In this document: positions 36,050 through 48,575 of the stretch, one piece after another
Layout: each line of letters starts with the position of its first letter
How positions within the stretch are numbered: position 1 is the first letter of the stretch
From: Diploschistes diacapsis
Taxonomy: Eukaryota
Reading direction: 5' to 3'
Length of the DNA stretch: 51,639 nt
Assembly: GCA_023645945.1 (NCBI GenBank)
Contig: JALAIB010000011.1
Coordinates: 1 to 51,639, forward strand
The notes under the pieces: model-generated
What the model saw: the letters and a program-made list of their open reading frames with translations, nothing else
Told to the model about the DNA's origin: nothing
Databases searched by the model: none
Made by a program: the position numbers and the translations under genes

Positions 36050-38150
36050 CTGCATCGCCACTCCGTAGCTTTCTCCTTCATGCCCGATGGCCCCAATGGC
36101 TTCGCACACATATAAAAAGAGCGTCCGCAATTGACACCAGGTTTCTTGGTCACCATGACCTTGCAGGGTTCATCGTGGCCTTCGCAACGAGGCAGCACCG
36201 GCCTAGCGAATAGCTTGGACCACGACTCTATGCTCTTTGCAGGATCTTGGCTTCCACCCGGCACGACATCCTTTTCTTGGGCCTGTGAAGCGCTTGACTG
36301 CTCTTCGATACTGGCATGCAATGGTTGATTCAGAATCCCTTGGACTTCCGCTATCTTCTTTGTATCTACCGAAGCAAGATCCGGTGATTCCTCGTCCATA
36401 TTCTTGTTTGCTGAAGCTGTGGGCTTGAAGAACCCCTTCAGGCTCTGCTGTCCTTTACGCAGTGACGCGTCCGTGCTTGCGGAGTGGGGTTTACTTTTCT
36501 TGGAGAATGCGTCCAACACTTTCTCTGAGCCCCTTCTTTTGATGCCTCTTTGTGGACTTGCAGCGTGAGGCTGGGAGTGGAAGTTATCATCGGTCTTGTC
36601 GGCTTTGTCGTCGTTGGAAACTTTAGCTGTTTCAATTGCAGACTCGCTAGGGACTTGGGCGGTTTCGTCTATGGACTCAGCCTCTAACAGCGAGGGCTTC
36701 CTCGAAAACATATCTCTGATATTTCTACGTCGGTTGAACTCGGGCAGCAACCTCCCAGACAAAGTCAATTGATCCTTTGTTGAGTATTCTCGTAGCCTCT
36801 GGCCCTGTACGAACGTACCTGGAGGGTTTGTTAGGTCTTTGATATGTGTAGGGACGCCGTTGTGCTGAATTATATCCTTGATAGTGGCATATACTGGACA
36901 GTGATCGGATCCCTAAGTAAATCAGCACGAGTTGCAGTAAACATGGAAGCCGACTCACCATGAGCCCTTCCTGGATATTCGAATCTTCAAACCAGTCTCG
37001 CATATCCAAGCTACAGAGAATGTAATCTATCCTCGATCCATAATTTCCCGGTCGTGCCTGAACTTTTGTCTCCCAGCATGTGAACATGCCTTTCCGATGC
37101 GGATGAAATGACCGACATATGTCGTAGAGCACAGGCTGGTTCCTCGATTCATCAGGAACCCCACGAACTTTTCCATTCTCCAGCAATTGGTTGAGCATTC
37201 GGCGCGGCGGCATAGAGAAATATTCTTCGATACTTGTTCCTCTTTTCCTCAAATCAACTTCGGCATTAGCCATATCCAATTCCTCTTTGACGATATTCAA
37301 GTCTCCAGCGAGGACAACGCGTTTCCCAATTCCTGCCAGGTTCCTTACTCGCAAGTCAAGTAGGTTAAGAAATCCGATCCGGAAAGCATTCCGGGCGTCA
37401 TCACGGGTTGCAGGATTATAGACGCCGATAAGGACAAAGCCGGGAAACTCGAGGATCATGCAGCGCCCTTCGGAATCGAGAACACTAAAATCTCCAGAAA
37501 GCTCTGAAGCATCTGGAGCGGCCTGGGCTTGCTCAACCGTTGGATAACCACCTATTTGCTCCTCTGCCGGTAAATCTCGGAAGCTTGTCGAAGAGTTCGG
37601 TGGGCACAGGATTCCAGAGAGGCCTTCTTCAGCGCGGATTGGTGTGCATGTTGACTGACGTGTGTATATCACAACACCAAACTTTCCTAGGGGACAGATG
37701 CTTAATACGTAGCTAATTAGAGCCTAGGGAAGCTACCTTTTTCGTACTTGGGTAGACTAAAGTAGCAGTCCCATCCCGGCACCAGCACCATATCATCTTG
37801 CAGGTCTTTCCTCTGAATTTTAGTCTCCTGCAAAATCACGATGTCCGCTTCCAGGACGTCGAACATGGCCTATTTCTGATTAGCCTCCAAAGTTTGATCC
37901 GTGCTAGTAATTTCCAATGTACTCACGGCGAAGGTCTTTTTGGCTCGCCATGGCTGATATGAGAAAGGGTTCCTGATAGATTTAGTACTTGCTCCATTGA
38001 TCATTGACCCCGTATACTAGGTAAATGCCCTACCGAATTCCATTTACTACTGACCATCAGCTATGGTTGTTCACGACAGTCACAGTTTCCAAAAGTGCAC
38101 CATCCACGTCGCGAGCACGTACCATTCCATGTTGTAATTCGCAGCACCAT
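35944..38150 (-). CDS. APN2: AP endonuclease 2 / DNA lyase, multi-exon
   Basis: MVLRITTWN|VNGIR (13-nt micro-exon), ILQETK, GDLN, GSRIDY, GSDHCP, and a C-terminal GRF zinc finger (PRCEGHDEPC...GRSFYMC...CRTFIW). Confidence 0.95.
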
Positions 38151-38277
38151 CTTGCCTATCCTCCCTCCATGACGTCACCGATAATGAGCAAAGGCTTACT
38201 TCTGACCGGGAGTAACTTCGAGCTTCATCATACATGTGAATATACAGAGCCATGGGCGAGAAGAAAAGGGATACTTG

Positions 38278-38287
38278 ATCACGTGAT
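38278..38287. promoter_or_regulatory. ATCACGTGAT palindromic E-box (bHLH/Cbf1-type) in the APN2/COX13 divergent promoter
   Basis: Perfect 10-bp palindrome in a ~300-bp head-to-head intergenic region. The same 10-mer occurs at 8566-8575. Confidence 0.3.
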
Positions 38288-38454
38288 GCTGATTACATAA
38301 TTCGAAGATCCCCCTGGGACGTTCCAATTGGCGGCTACTAACGCAACGACCGACAAGTTCTTTTCAACAGCACATACAACAGTAGCTCCCATACTCAGTA
38401 CAATCTCCTCAACGACACAAAATAACCCGATCTTCGTTTTTTGAAACCCTACTG

Positions 38455-39200
38455 ATGATTCCGCGTCAAGCTCTGCTCCGCGCCTCCCAGCGCTGGGGCC
38501 ACCAGAGTCGCTCGCCCGTCCTCCGCGCCGTGCTCCAACGTCGTCTGGCTTCGACTGAAGGACAGCCGCCCCTGACCGGCGCCGCAGACAATGCTTTCAA
38601 CAGGGAAAGGAGGGCGGTGAAGGCCCATGCCGCTGCTACCTCAGGCTAGTGTTGCACACTCGGGCTACCCCCCATGTCGGCCGCTGATTGTTCCCAGACC
38701 TTTGGCGGAAGCTGTCGATCTAGTACGCTGCCGGCCCCCCCCCCCCCCGGAATCGAACCCAAAACAAACACAACTAAGCCTGATGCAGCGTCGCAGTACC
38801 GTGTCTTATAGTTGCAGCGATCAATGCGTGGAACTTGTGGAACGAGCACTGGAACCATTGGGACCATCTGCCTCCCTTGGAGGAGCGGACTGAGTATCCT
38901 TACCAGAACATCAGGACTAAGAATTACTTCTGGGGTGACGGGGACAAAGTGGGTAATCCTCGGCCACTTCTATAGACCGTTTACTAATGCAGGCCACCAG
39001 ACGTTGTTGTAAGTCGACAGCCGCAGATGCCTCCTTTCTACACTCCAATCTCAAAAAACCCCCCGCCCAAAGACAAACCCGGGGTTTTTTTGGGAACCCA
39101 GAGCCTACAAGCATCACCTATACACCTTGGTATTTTCCATTAGCTAATTAATACCTGCCCCAGTTGGAATGACAAGGTCAACCATCACAAGAAGGAGTAG
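38455..39200 (+). CDS. COX13: Cytochrome c oxidase subunit VIa, multi-exon including an 8-nt micro-exon (39001-39008)
   Basis: Mitochondrial presequence, DNAFNRERRAVKAHAAATS|DLWRKLSI, EYPYQNIRTKNYFWGDGDK|TLF|WNDKVNHHKKE*. Confidence 0.95.
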
Positions 39201-39352
39201 GGTGCGGACAACATGTGGGAGAAGGAACTCCGTTCTAATGAAGCATTGGGCGCACATTGACATGATCGACTCAAGGCTAATTCAATAAATGTAATTATCC
39301 ATGCTAGCCTGACTAGGTTCGGAAACATGGGCAAGAGCTGTGAAGCGCATGC

Positions 39353-41941
39353 CTAAGCAGTTGTAATCATGTCTTCTTTTGCTTTCTTCTGTAAGTCAAG
39401 GTATTTTGCGGCATAATCGTTCGCAAGCACAAGGTCTCCGTTCAGGTGCATGATAGTCGCCTTCTTAGCCATCATTTCGCACTGTCCCTCAAGGTTTCCA
39501 ATCTGAGAATGTTCGTCAAATGCTCTTTCCAGGCACTCCAACACCCTGTTCATGTTTTGCCTGCGCTTTAACGAGCTAGCCATCGCCTCGCCTGCTAGAC
39601 CCATATAGGCATCGGCAAGATGGGAGAAGAGCCGAGCAGCCAGCTCACGTTCCTCCGTTTCAAGAGCCCGGGGTATGATGGCCTTTAGGAGTTTGATTGC
39701 AGCGTCAAACTCATCAAGGCTGACCAGTACCTTGCAAAGGACGCCGACAGCATCCCACAGGATAGACAAGTAGCAGGCCTTGTGGGCTAGGCTAGCGGCA
39801 CGGATGGCAATAGAGAATCCTTTTTGCGGCAACCCTGCGCGGTCGTAAATCTGTGCTTTGAGGATCATTAGCCTGATCTTATGGTACACATCCCCTTCTC
39901 CTGCTACCATGCTTTCTCGCTGGCCTTCAAGAAGTTCCATGGCCTTTGGGAGTTGCCCTTTTCGTGACTCTAGATCGATGGAATAGTACGCTATGGAGAA
40001 GACAATCTCAGGGCTCTGCGGAGAATTTGCCTTTAATTGTGCGAGGTAGTGTTCCGCGGATACAACGTCCGACCTTTGCTTTCAGCTTGACTTGTATAGT
40101 CCAAAACTAGAGGGGCTTACAGGTATAGGGCCCGTCGGAGGCTCAACAGGGTCATGCACTGGGACCAGAGCAGCTGATGCTTCAAGGTTCTGAGACTCTC
40201 CAATGTACTGGACTCGAGTATGCTGAAGGCGGCGCTGAAATGGCCTCTTGATGATTCCTTCGGACATGTCAGATATTCTTACATAATACGAAACCTCCCA
40301 CCTACCAATAGAGCCGCTCGGCACAGGGAATGCAGGACATCTTCTGCGGATGAGCTTCTGCTGTAGCATTCTAGGAATAGCTCATTGCATGACCATGCGA
40401 GACACTGTTGTCCTGAACGCCTTTAAGCAGTTGGATGTTGGCTCATAGTCAGACTCACCGATTCTAGAAAATATCGAGGACTCGACGTTCATCTGCGCGC
40501 CCACGCTATCATCCAGATTCCTCGTCAGAATCAGATGGGATGCCTTGGTGACGCCCTCAAAGGCGAGTGCCAGACTCTCGCCCTAAGTATATAGTGAGCT
40601 TATTCTGTTCCGGCACAGGTACATATTTGCCCGTTACTGACATTCAAATGGGAGTTTCTTGCTTCAGCCAGCAGAGAGGTACTCAAAAGACTCCACATGC
40701 CGGCTTCCCTAGCTTTCGTTTTCAGAAACAACAATGCCTCCTTATCAGTTCCCAGCACGCCTGTCTGCCTCTCATTGTTGAGTTCTCTGGGATGCGCTTT
40801 GCCAAAGTGAAAGAGCCATGATAGGCTGTAATTCAAGCAAGCGGTATCCTTGTTCTCCCTTGCAGTCGAGATAGTCTCATGCATGGCAGTAACAGCTTCT
40901 CCGTAGCAGCCGAAGTCCGCTTGCAGTATGGCAAGATTCAGCAATGCATACTGATAGAAAGTTCTATGCCGAGACTGCATGGTATAATCAAAGTAGCGGT
41001 GCAGATTATCGAAAGACGTCACATAATCGCCCGCCTTCCAAGCATCAAGATACCTGATGGGCGTCAGCAGTGAGCGACTGTCACGCCGAAAGCGTTGCCA
41101 GACTTGATGTAATAGGAACGGTTTGGTACCATTAGTCCTGACTCTATCATCTTCCTAAACTGTCTCTTCATTTCGTCTGGGAGTCTCTGGCTCATCTCTG
41201 CGCTCTGTTAACGGATAGATTCCACAATGAACAGTATCGCGCACTTTGCATCCGCTCGATTTGAAACTCAAGTAATGCATCAAGATCATCGCTGCTTGAC
41301 AGGACATGCGTTACTCCGGAGATAATATCCCTATACGATACATTATGAACCTTCTTGTCGAAACCAGCAGCAGAGACCACGTCAAAGCCGCCTTGGGAGA
41401 CGTCAGGATGTCTACGTCGCCACGCGGACCTCGTCGGCTCACGGTAGACAGCATAGGCCTTCCAAAGAGCGAGGCCATCATCGAACTGAAGGCGAGTAAA
41501 CTCCACCTGCGCCCGCCGAACAAAAATACCCAAGGGAGAAGTCCTAGATAGCCGGATCCGGCCAGGTTCATTCGGTGCAGTACCCTCCCGGTCCCTGGCG
41601 AGCTGTTCCCTCGTCTTCGCCACCGAATTGGCTACAGTCTCGAAGAACGCGGTCAAAGAGTCGAACGATTCGATTTCCCACAACTTCTTCAAAAACAGGT
41701 CCCAGACGGTCCTGCCGGGAATCCCGGATTGGAGGCCACTGAGGGTATTCTGGAAGTCCTCGACCGTCAAAAGATGGTTCCGTGCATACTGTTGACCGTC
41801 TCTGTTGAAGTTGGCCGGTAGAAGATAGGCGACCAGGAACGATAGTACCCGAACCGTAGCCTTAGCGGGAACCACGCCTGCGACGTAGGTTGAGACAAGG
41901 ACCAGAAGCGCAAGCTTGGCGGCCGTCAAGTATCTCGACAT
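39353..41941 (-). CDS. APC5: Anaphase-promoting complex subunit 5, multi-exon
   Basis: MSRYLTAAKLALL start, SRTSPLGIFVRRAQVEFTRLQF, SFDNLHRYFDYTMQSRHRTFYQYALLNLAILQADFG. Expected synteny next to COX13. Confidence 0.92.
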
Positions 41942-42436
41942 TGTGAAATGCGGCTTGTACGATGCATGTTAAGCAACAGGCTGTGTGGTCTACAGTTGCG
42001 ACTCCCGTCCATCTCATGCAAGCAAAACGTGCTTTAAGGTGCGCTCTAGAAAGACGTAGGATTTCCGATTTTTTGTGAAAGGCACGTAGCAGACAACGTG
42101 TACTACCTCCGAAGCGTCCCTGAAGCGTCTACTACTTCGCCAAGTCACGTTTGTGAAAAAAGTACATGGGGTTCAAGTAGCGGGAGATCTACGAAATAAT
42201 ACAAACCACCCTGTGCTGCTACATTGTAAGGTAGATACTCCATAGAACCGTTTCTTTATCTATCTAGTACCGATTAAGTCGGTGTGAGAATACAGATGTC
42301 ACTATGTCGCACGTGCTGCAATCGCCGGGACTTGGTCCCATAAATGTTTAGCATTTATACCCGACAGAATGCCATGCAGACGCACAAGAGAATAGGCTTA
42401 AATACATAAACTTAGGATGGGAGGTGTGCGGGTGGT

Positions 42437-43271
42437 CTACCGCAGGTGCAGTCCTATGTTGCTCTGTAACTTTTTCTGCACAGCCTCTCCTTTACCAGAC
42501 TCTGCTCTTATGGTTTCTTGGTCGGGCAGTCCTCCTTCTGGGTTGTTGGTCGCCCATATGCGACTTACTGCTAGATCGTAGGGGCCAGGCACGCGATCGA
42601 TCAGGCTGATGCCAATAGTTCTAACCTTTTGCCGGAGCAGTTCCGCCTGAGGCTCGACGACAAGACCGTGGTTCGTTCTCACAAAATCATTCCAGCGTAT
42701 CAAAACCGTTTCCCACTCTCCAGGCCTTTTTGTGTACAAGCGGTGCTGATGAATATCGGTCGGCACTATCGTCTCCGACTGCAGGTTGACGAAGTATTTT
42801 CTGCCATCCGACTTCACACGTAGCCCGACAAAGGCATATGGGTCGATGTTCCACAGGCTTCTGCCGAGCAGCGTGAACGGTCTGTCAATGTTCCTCCATC
42901 CCGCATACCCGGACCTCTGCACCTGCGGTCTGTTCCGTGGTAGCTCAGTGGATATGGTGCCGTGGAATCGCATATGTGCGGGCTCCTTGTCCGTCTGGGG
43001 GATATGATTCAAGGAGACGGTCGAATAGCCCCCTATATCGGCATCGCACATCCGCTTGCACCCTTCAACCTCGTCCGGGTCTCGCAAGTCAAGTAGCACA
43101 TAAGGGGCTTGGGGTATGGTCAACCCTTCCTGTTTGATGGCTACGGAATAGCTGTCAGTATTTTGATTGCCCAGGCAGTTGAGCGTTCATACCGCTATTT
43201 GTAACCCGCTTGACCTCATCCAGACTTCGCTTCCAGAAGCCTTTGGCGCGCAAGATTTGTGTTGCGCGCAT
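42437..43271 (-). CDS. CIA30: Complex I intermediate-associated protein 30 (NDUFAF1), 2 exons
   Basis: ATG 43271; CDADIGGYS, RFHGTISTELP, SGYAGWR, LRVKSDGRKYFVNLQ and DIHQHRL motifs. Confidence 0.92.
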
Positions 43272-43825
43272 GGTAATATGCAAAGTCTTGGACGAAACCG
43301 CGCTGCGAGCTCACTTGTGGCCTAGTCTTCGAAGTAAGATAGCGGCTCGACCCAGTGGCTTGCTGACACTTTGTCCTCCAGGATCGAATGCGCTCGATCT
43401 TGTGTGAAGGTTACAGGAAGTGGGTAAGTTCCTGAGCTGGGGCATAGGGAAAGCTGCCCATTCCAGATAGGGTGATATCCACGCAAAAGGCCGAAACTCG
43501 ACGCCTTTTATACCATCAACATGGAAGTATATCGTGTAACAATACAGTACGACATGGAAGGATGTGAAATATCTCGACGGCGCTAAGATATGACGTACAT
43601 GAGTAGGTTAACGCCAAGAAATATTCAAGCATACATAATAACTTTATCAAGGTATACCTAGAGAGGTATCTACCTACATATTGACAGCAAAGGACGGCTG
43701 CCGCGAATCCCACCCCAGGCACAGAGATATCTCCTTGCTTCCCTGACATATCCCAGCCAGCCATCTGCAACTGCAGATCTGATCCATCCGGAGACCGTTC
43801 TCATCTCCTGAGACTTTCGCCCGAC

Positions 43826-45147
43826 ATGCCGTCCCGCAGCTCCGATAAAGAGCCGTTCGCGGGTCCCACAGATCCAGCAGAGGAACAGTTCTTCAGCATG
43901 AGCCCGCCACGGAAAGATTTGGAGAAGCACGTCTCCTTGGCTCGGGACTTCGTCAACCTTCATGTAGCGGATCAGCGACGGGTGGTTCTAGTCACGTCCG
44001 GAGGAACAATGGCGCCACTGGAAAGTGAAATGGTACGCTTCCTCGACAATTTCAGTTCTGGGCTGCGTGGCGCGGTACGTGTTCTTGGGCGCTCCTTGTA
44101 GGCTTGATGGTTCATCCGACATGGTAGGCGAGTGCCGAGTACTTCCTCGATGCTGGTTACGCCGTGATTTTCTTGCACCGCCAATCCAGTCTGCAGCCCT
44201 ACAATCGTCTATATAGGCGTACGACGGACTCGTTCCTGGACAATGTGGCCGAAGGCCCCAGCGGCAGCGTGGTTGTCCGAAGCGTGGACAATGACAGCCT
44301 GTTACGGGACTTGAAAAGGTATCATGAAATAAAGGAGAAGCGCAAACTGCTCCTGCTCCCATTTTCGTCCGTCAACGACTATCTGCACAGTCTACGAGCT
44401 GTTAGCCGTGTGATGCAGCCTCTGGGTCATGATGGACTGTTGTATCTTGCTGCCGCTGTCTCTGATTTCTTTATTCCCGTGGGTCTGCCGGTAATGCTGG
44501 GAGAACGTGGAGTAACACAAGGCAGCCAAAGCGAATGCCGAAGCACAAGATTCAGAGCAGGAGCTCCCTTTTTCCTGACAGCACACCATCAGCAAACCCC
44601 CCAAAGCTATCTGCTGCGGAAAATGGTGGCGAGAAAGCTACTTCCGCTCACTTCGCCAGGTAGGTGCCATTTCTCATCAGCCTCCATCAGCATTCTCTGG
44701 CCGCTTATATTGGGGTTTTCTAGATCCTTCGAACACGCAACAGATGAGCGATTGAGCATACAATTGGACCCTGTACCCAAGTTCCTTCGGAATCTTGTCG
44801 AAAGCTGGGCACCGAAATGCATGGTGGTATCATATAAACTGGAAACAGATCCAAATTTGCTTCTGGAAAAGGCGAGATCCGCACTCTCCCGGTATCGGCA
44901 TGACCTCGTGATCGGAAACATCCTTGCGACCCGGAAACGGGAAGTTGTGTTCGTTGGCCCAGACGGGACAGAGCAGTGGATACGAGCGCCTGGGCGTGAA
45001 GCGGAGACAGTAGCAGGTCAGCCATCAGATAGCACGGACTCGGATCAAGCTCAAGCTCCGGAGAAAGACGGAACGGAGCTTGAAAGCTTGATCGTGCCTG
45101 CTTTGATTCTGCTGCATGACCGTTACATTCAGGAGCACGGACGGTGA
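43826..45147 (+). CDS. CAB2: Phosphopantothenate-cysteine ligase, multi-exon
   Basis: [14 protein letters not shown]...[43 protein letters not shown] and HDLVIGNIL motifs. Confidence 0.9.
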
Positions 45148-45237
45148 AGGATAAGGATAAGCATGAAAAATCATGTAGGTAGGATATTTATACTTGGGTA
45201 CCTGCTCTGCTACCTTACAATTAAGAATACTACAGTA

Positions 45238-45900
45238 ACCCTGAACTTACCCCTGAACTTACCCCTGAACAAGACGGAAACTCGAAGCGAATGGAATGGC
45301 GCATTGTGGCGAATGACGAATGACGAATGGCGAATGACGCATGACGCTGAGGAATAATATTATACTTACTTACTTAACAGTCTGTTAGCCAACTACTGAT
45401 GGCCATAACTGGGTACCCATCATATGTAGAGGGAGGCAGGTAGGCAGGCAGGCAGGCAGGTAGGTAGGTTGGTAGATACTTTTCTTTCCTACCAGAAGCA
45501 GTCCTTGTCTCCCCTTGAAGAATCCATCCCCTCTTTCCACTGGCCCCCTCCTGTGCATCGTGCACTTACTCCGCTTTCAATATACCCTACTCGCATTCAA
45601 TCGCCGTGACTTCGAGTTCGGTTTCGCCGCCTCCCAACTCTGCAAATCGCTTACACCTTAGCAGGCAGGACATGATTGGAACGGCAAGTGAATGGCTGCT
45701 TCCAATCCAATTCACCGTCGGTCCAGAGAGAGAGAGAGAGAGAGAGAATAAGATAGAGGCCAGAAGATAATTTCGTCTGAAACGCCCTACTACGATGACC
45801 CCTCATCTCTTCATCTTCAGTTTCTTTCTCTTTCTCTTTCTCTTTCTCTTTCTGCTTCTCTTTCTCTTTCTCTTTCTGCTTCTCTTTCTGCTTCTCTTTC
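45238..45900. repeat. Cluster of simple repeats upstream of the RRM gene
   Basis: 12-bp CCCTGAACTTAC tandem (~45238-45270), GAATGRC repeats (~45288-45347), GGCA/GGTA repeats (~45434-45470), (AG)11 (~45725-45746) and a CT-rich tract (~45820-45900). Confidence 0.85.
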
Positions 45901-46134
45901 CCGGGCCACTGTCACTAATGTCCTTCAATCTCATTCAATCTTCTGCTCATTCCTACTCTCGGCTTTACTTACACGCCCCACCATTACATACATGTAGCCC
46001 GTTGCCCTCTTCTTCGTTGATCCCCCTTGATTGTGAAAGCATTATTCAAAAGAAGCCATCGCGGTTTTAAAAAAAAAACGAGATAACGGCCCAGCAAATC
46101 CAACAATACAGAGACACGTGGCCTGGATACCGAT

Positions 46135-48575
46135 ATGCCTTCCACCAGCATGAACATGAAGCAGAGCTCGCTGCTCGAGCCTTCATCTGCAAGCGTACAC
46201 AGCGAAAACGACTTGGGAGACAGTGTTGGGCCCACTCCTGCAAAGCTCGAAGGTATGTCATGCCCGTTACTTCTTCGGCAGTTCTTTGAGTTATGTGACA
46301 TTTTCCCTTGCACGAGTGATGTCGGAACTCGGAGAGGACTGAGCGGATTTTTCCATTAACATGACTCCAATTTTTGTGGGCCGGATGCATTGCTTTTACT
46401 TCAGCTTGTTTCGAGATGGGTAGATTTCTTGCATTAAGGTACTATAGATCCCGCTATTCTAGCGCACTCTGTGCGCACCTATACCCTCCAGGAACGCGAC
46501 AAGGAGCAGACTAGTGGTCTGAGCCGCTCAGGGCCATCTCCCAGCAAAAATGAAGCTTCGCCTCAATCTCATACTGCTGGCGGAACTTCAGGCTTTGTCT
46601 CTGCAAGCCACGGCGCCCAGTATCAGGGCAATGCCCAATCGGCCATCCCAAAGCAGCCGCCACCCAGTAGCTGGCAGAACCCCAGCGTCATGTTTGCTAT
46701 GCAGAGCAACGAAGCTGATCCATTCTTTGTTGGCCACAGCGGTATTTCGACCCCGATCGAGGGCGTCCACGTTCTGACGGTCATAGGCCATGAGAACGGA
46801 ACGGCAGGTGGATCAGGAAGCCAGACGGCGGAGGAAACTTCAAGCACTTTCCGCCCACGTGAGGACCGAGAGGTCGGAGAAATCTCTGGTGACAACGCTC
46901 AAGCCATTTTCTCTCCAAGTGCATGTGTATTCGTTGCAAAGTGGGTGGACATGACCCTGTCAACTCATGAAGCTAATGTAGTAAAAGTCTTGCCGCTACA
47001 TCTACCGACGAACTGCTGGAGCATGACGTGTCCCGTGTCTTCGAACAATTCGGCAAAGTCTACGCTAAGATCAAGCGCGACAGCCGTGGCATGCCGTACG
47101 CCTTCTGCCAATACGAGGTACGAGGTCATTCTTACATGCTAAGGAGTGCGTAGTATGCTAAGCGGTGCAGAACGAGAAAGATGCTGAGAAGGCCATAACC
47201 CTTGGCCATGGCCTGTCGATCCAGGGGCGTGCATGCCGAACCGAACGTGCTCGGGTCAACCGTTCGTATCATGGGCCCCCCCCCCCCCCTTGTGTAGCTC
47301 TGTTGTCTAACCCTGATGTTTTTAGGCTCGCTTTACTTGTCGCGTACTTCGGGTGGGCCGATAGCAGAATCTGATGCACGCGCGATATTGGCTGGCTATG
47401 GGCCCCTTGAGAAGCTGTGGATCTCTGGTCCTACGGACCGCGAGATGTTTCGCCTACCCGAAGGCATCTGGGTAACGTTCGCATTTTTCCAGGATTGCCG
47501 CGATGCCCAGGCGGTAGGTGTATATCTCCTTGAATCCCGGCATGTCACTGATGCGTGTGTGCAAGGCGTTCAAGGACAATTCAGATTACCGCCTAGAGCA
47601 ACCGGCTTTGCCCGACGAGATCCGCCAGCGCGTTGACCGATCCAAGCTCTCTCCTTTTGCGAGATCGAGTCCTTTACGTGGACGGCTGTCCTCGCCCGTA
47701 ACGTTATACAGCAATCGCCACGCTAGCAGCTCCGTCTTTGTTGGCAATTTGCCAGTCAACGCTTCCCTTGGTCACTTGCGCGACCACTTCATCGGTTGCG
47801 GTTCTATCAAAGCAATTGAGATAGTTGCAAAGGCAAATCCCCACAGTAAGCAGTTCCAGCAGACACCCACAGCGGCCTCACCCCTCTGATACTTTCGCAG
47901 CGCCGGGTCACAGTATTTTCGCATTCGTTGAATTCTGCTCCGACGCAGAGGCAAAGAAAGCTGTTGCGTACGACGTGAGTATCTTCTCGAGTCCACCAAC
48001 AACAACGCTCATCAACTTCTCAGGCTCCGTTTGACGGTCGTAGACTTCGCGTCGAACTGCGCGAGTCGCAAGACCACCCCTTTGCACGCGCCAACATCAA
48101 CTCGGGCGGAAGCCCAAGAGGTCGCGGTAGCGGTAGCGCAGCATCGCTTCGATCTTCGGGCGGCCTGGAGGCTGCGATGACCAGGGCCTTGGCTCTAGGA
48201 GTTCCAGTAGCCACTGCCATGCAGATCTTTGATCCACAGAGCATGGAGAGTACCGACAACCTACCCCAGACGCCTTTGCTTACTCCGTACTACCCAGGGG
48301 TCCAGTACTACAGCTCCCCATACCCTCAATACAGCCCTTATGGAGGCGCTGCCAGCGCTTCCGATGCTGGTAACGCCAATGTTACTATGTATAGCCCAAT
48401 GGGCTCGGCCCCGAGCAACGTCCCTCAATATCCTTGTGGCTCCATCATGAGTGCACACTACAGCCCGGGATACCAGCTACCGCAATACATCTATCCAAGT
48501 GTTGCTGGCGAACACAGCAACAATCACAAGATCGGAAACCAGGTTGCCGTTCACGGAGAGCAAACTCAATCATGA
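46135..48575 (+). CDS. RIM4: RRM-domain RNA-binding protein, Rim4-like meiotic regulator, multi-exon
   Basis: FSPSACVFVAN|L...FGKVYAKIKRDSRGMPYAFCQYE (RRM1), SLYLSRTSGG...GIWVTFAFFQDCRDA (RRM2), SVFVGNLP...FAFVEF (RRM3), and a Y/P/Q/S-rich tail. Confidence 0.7.
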
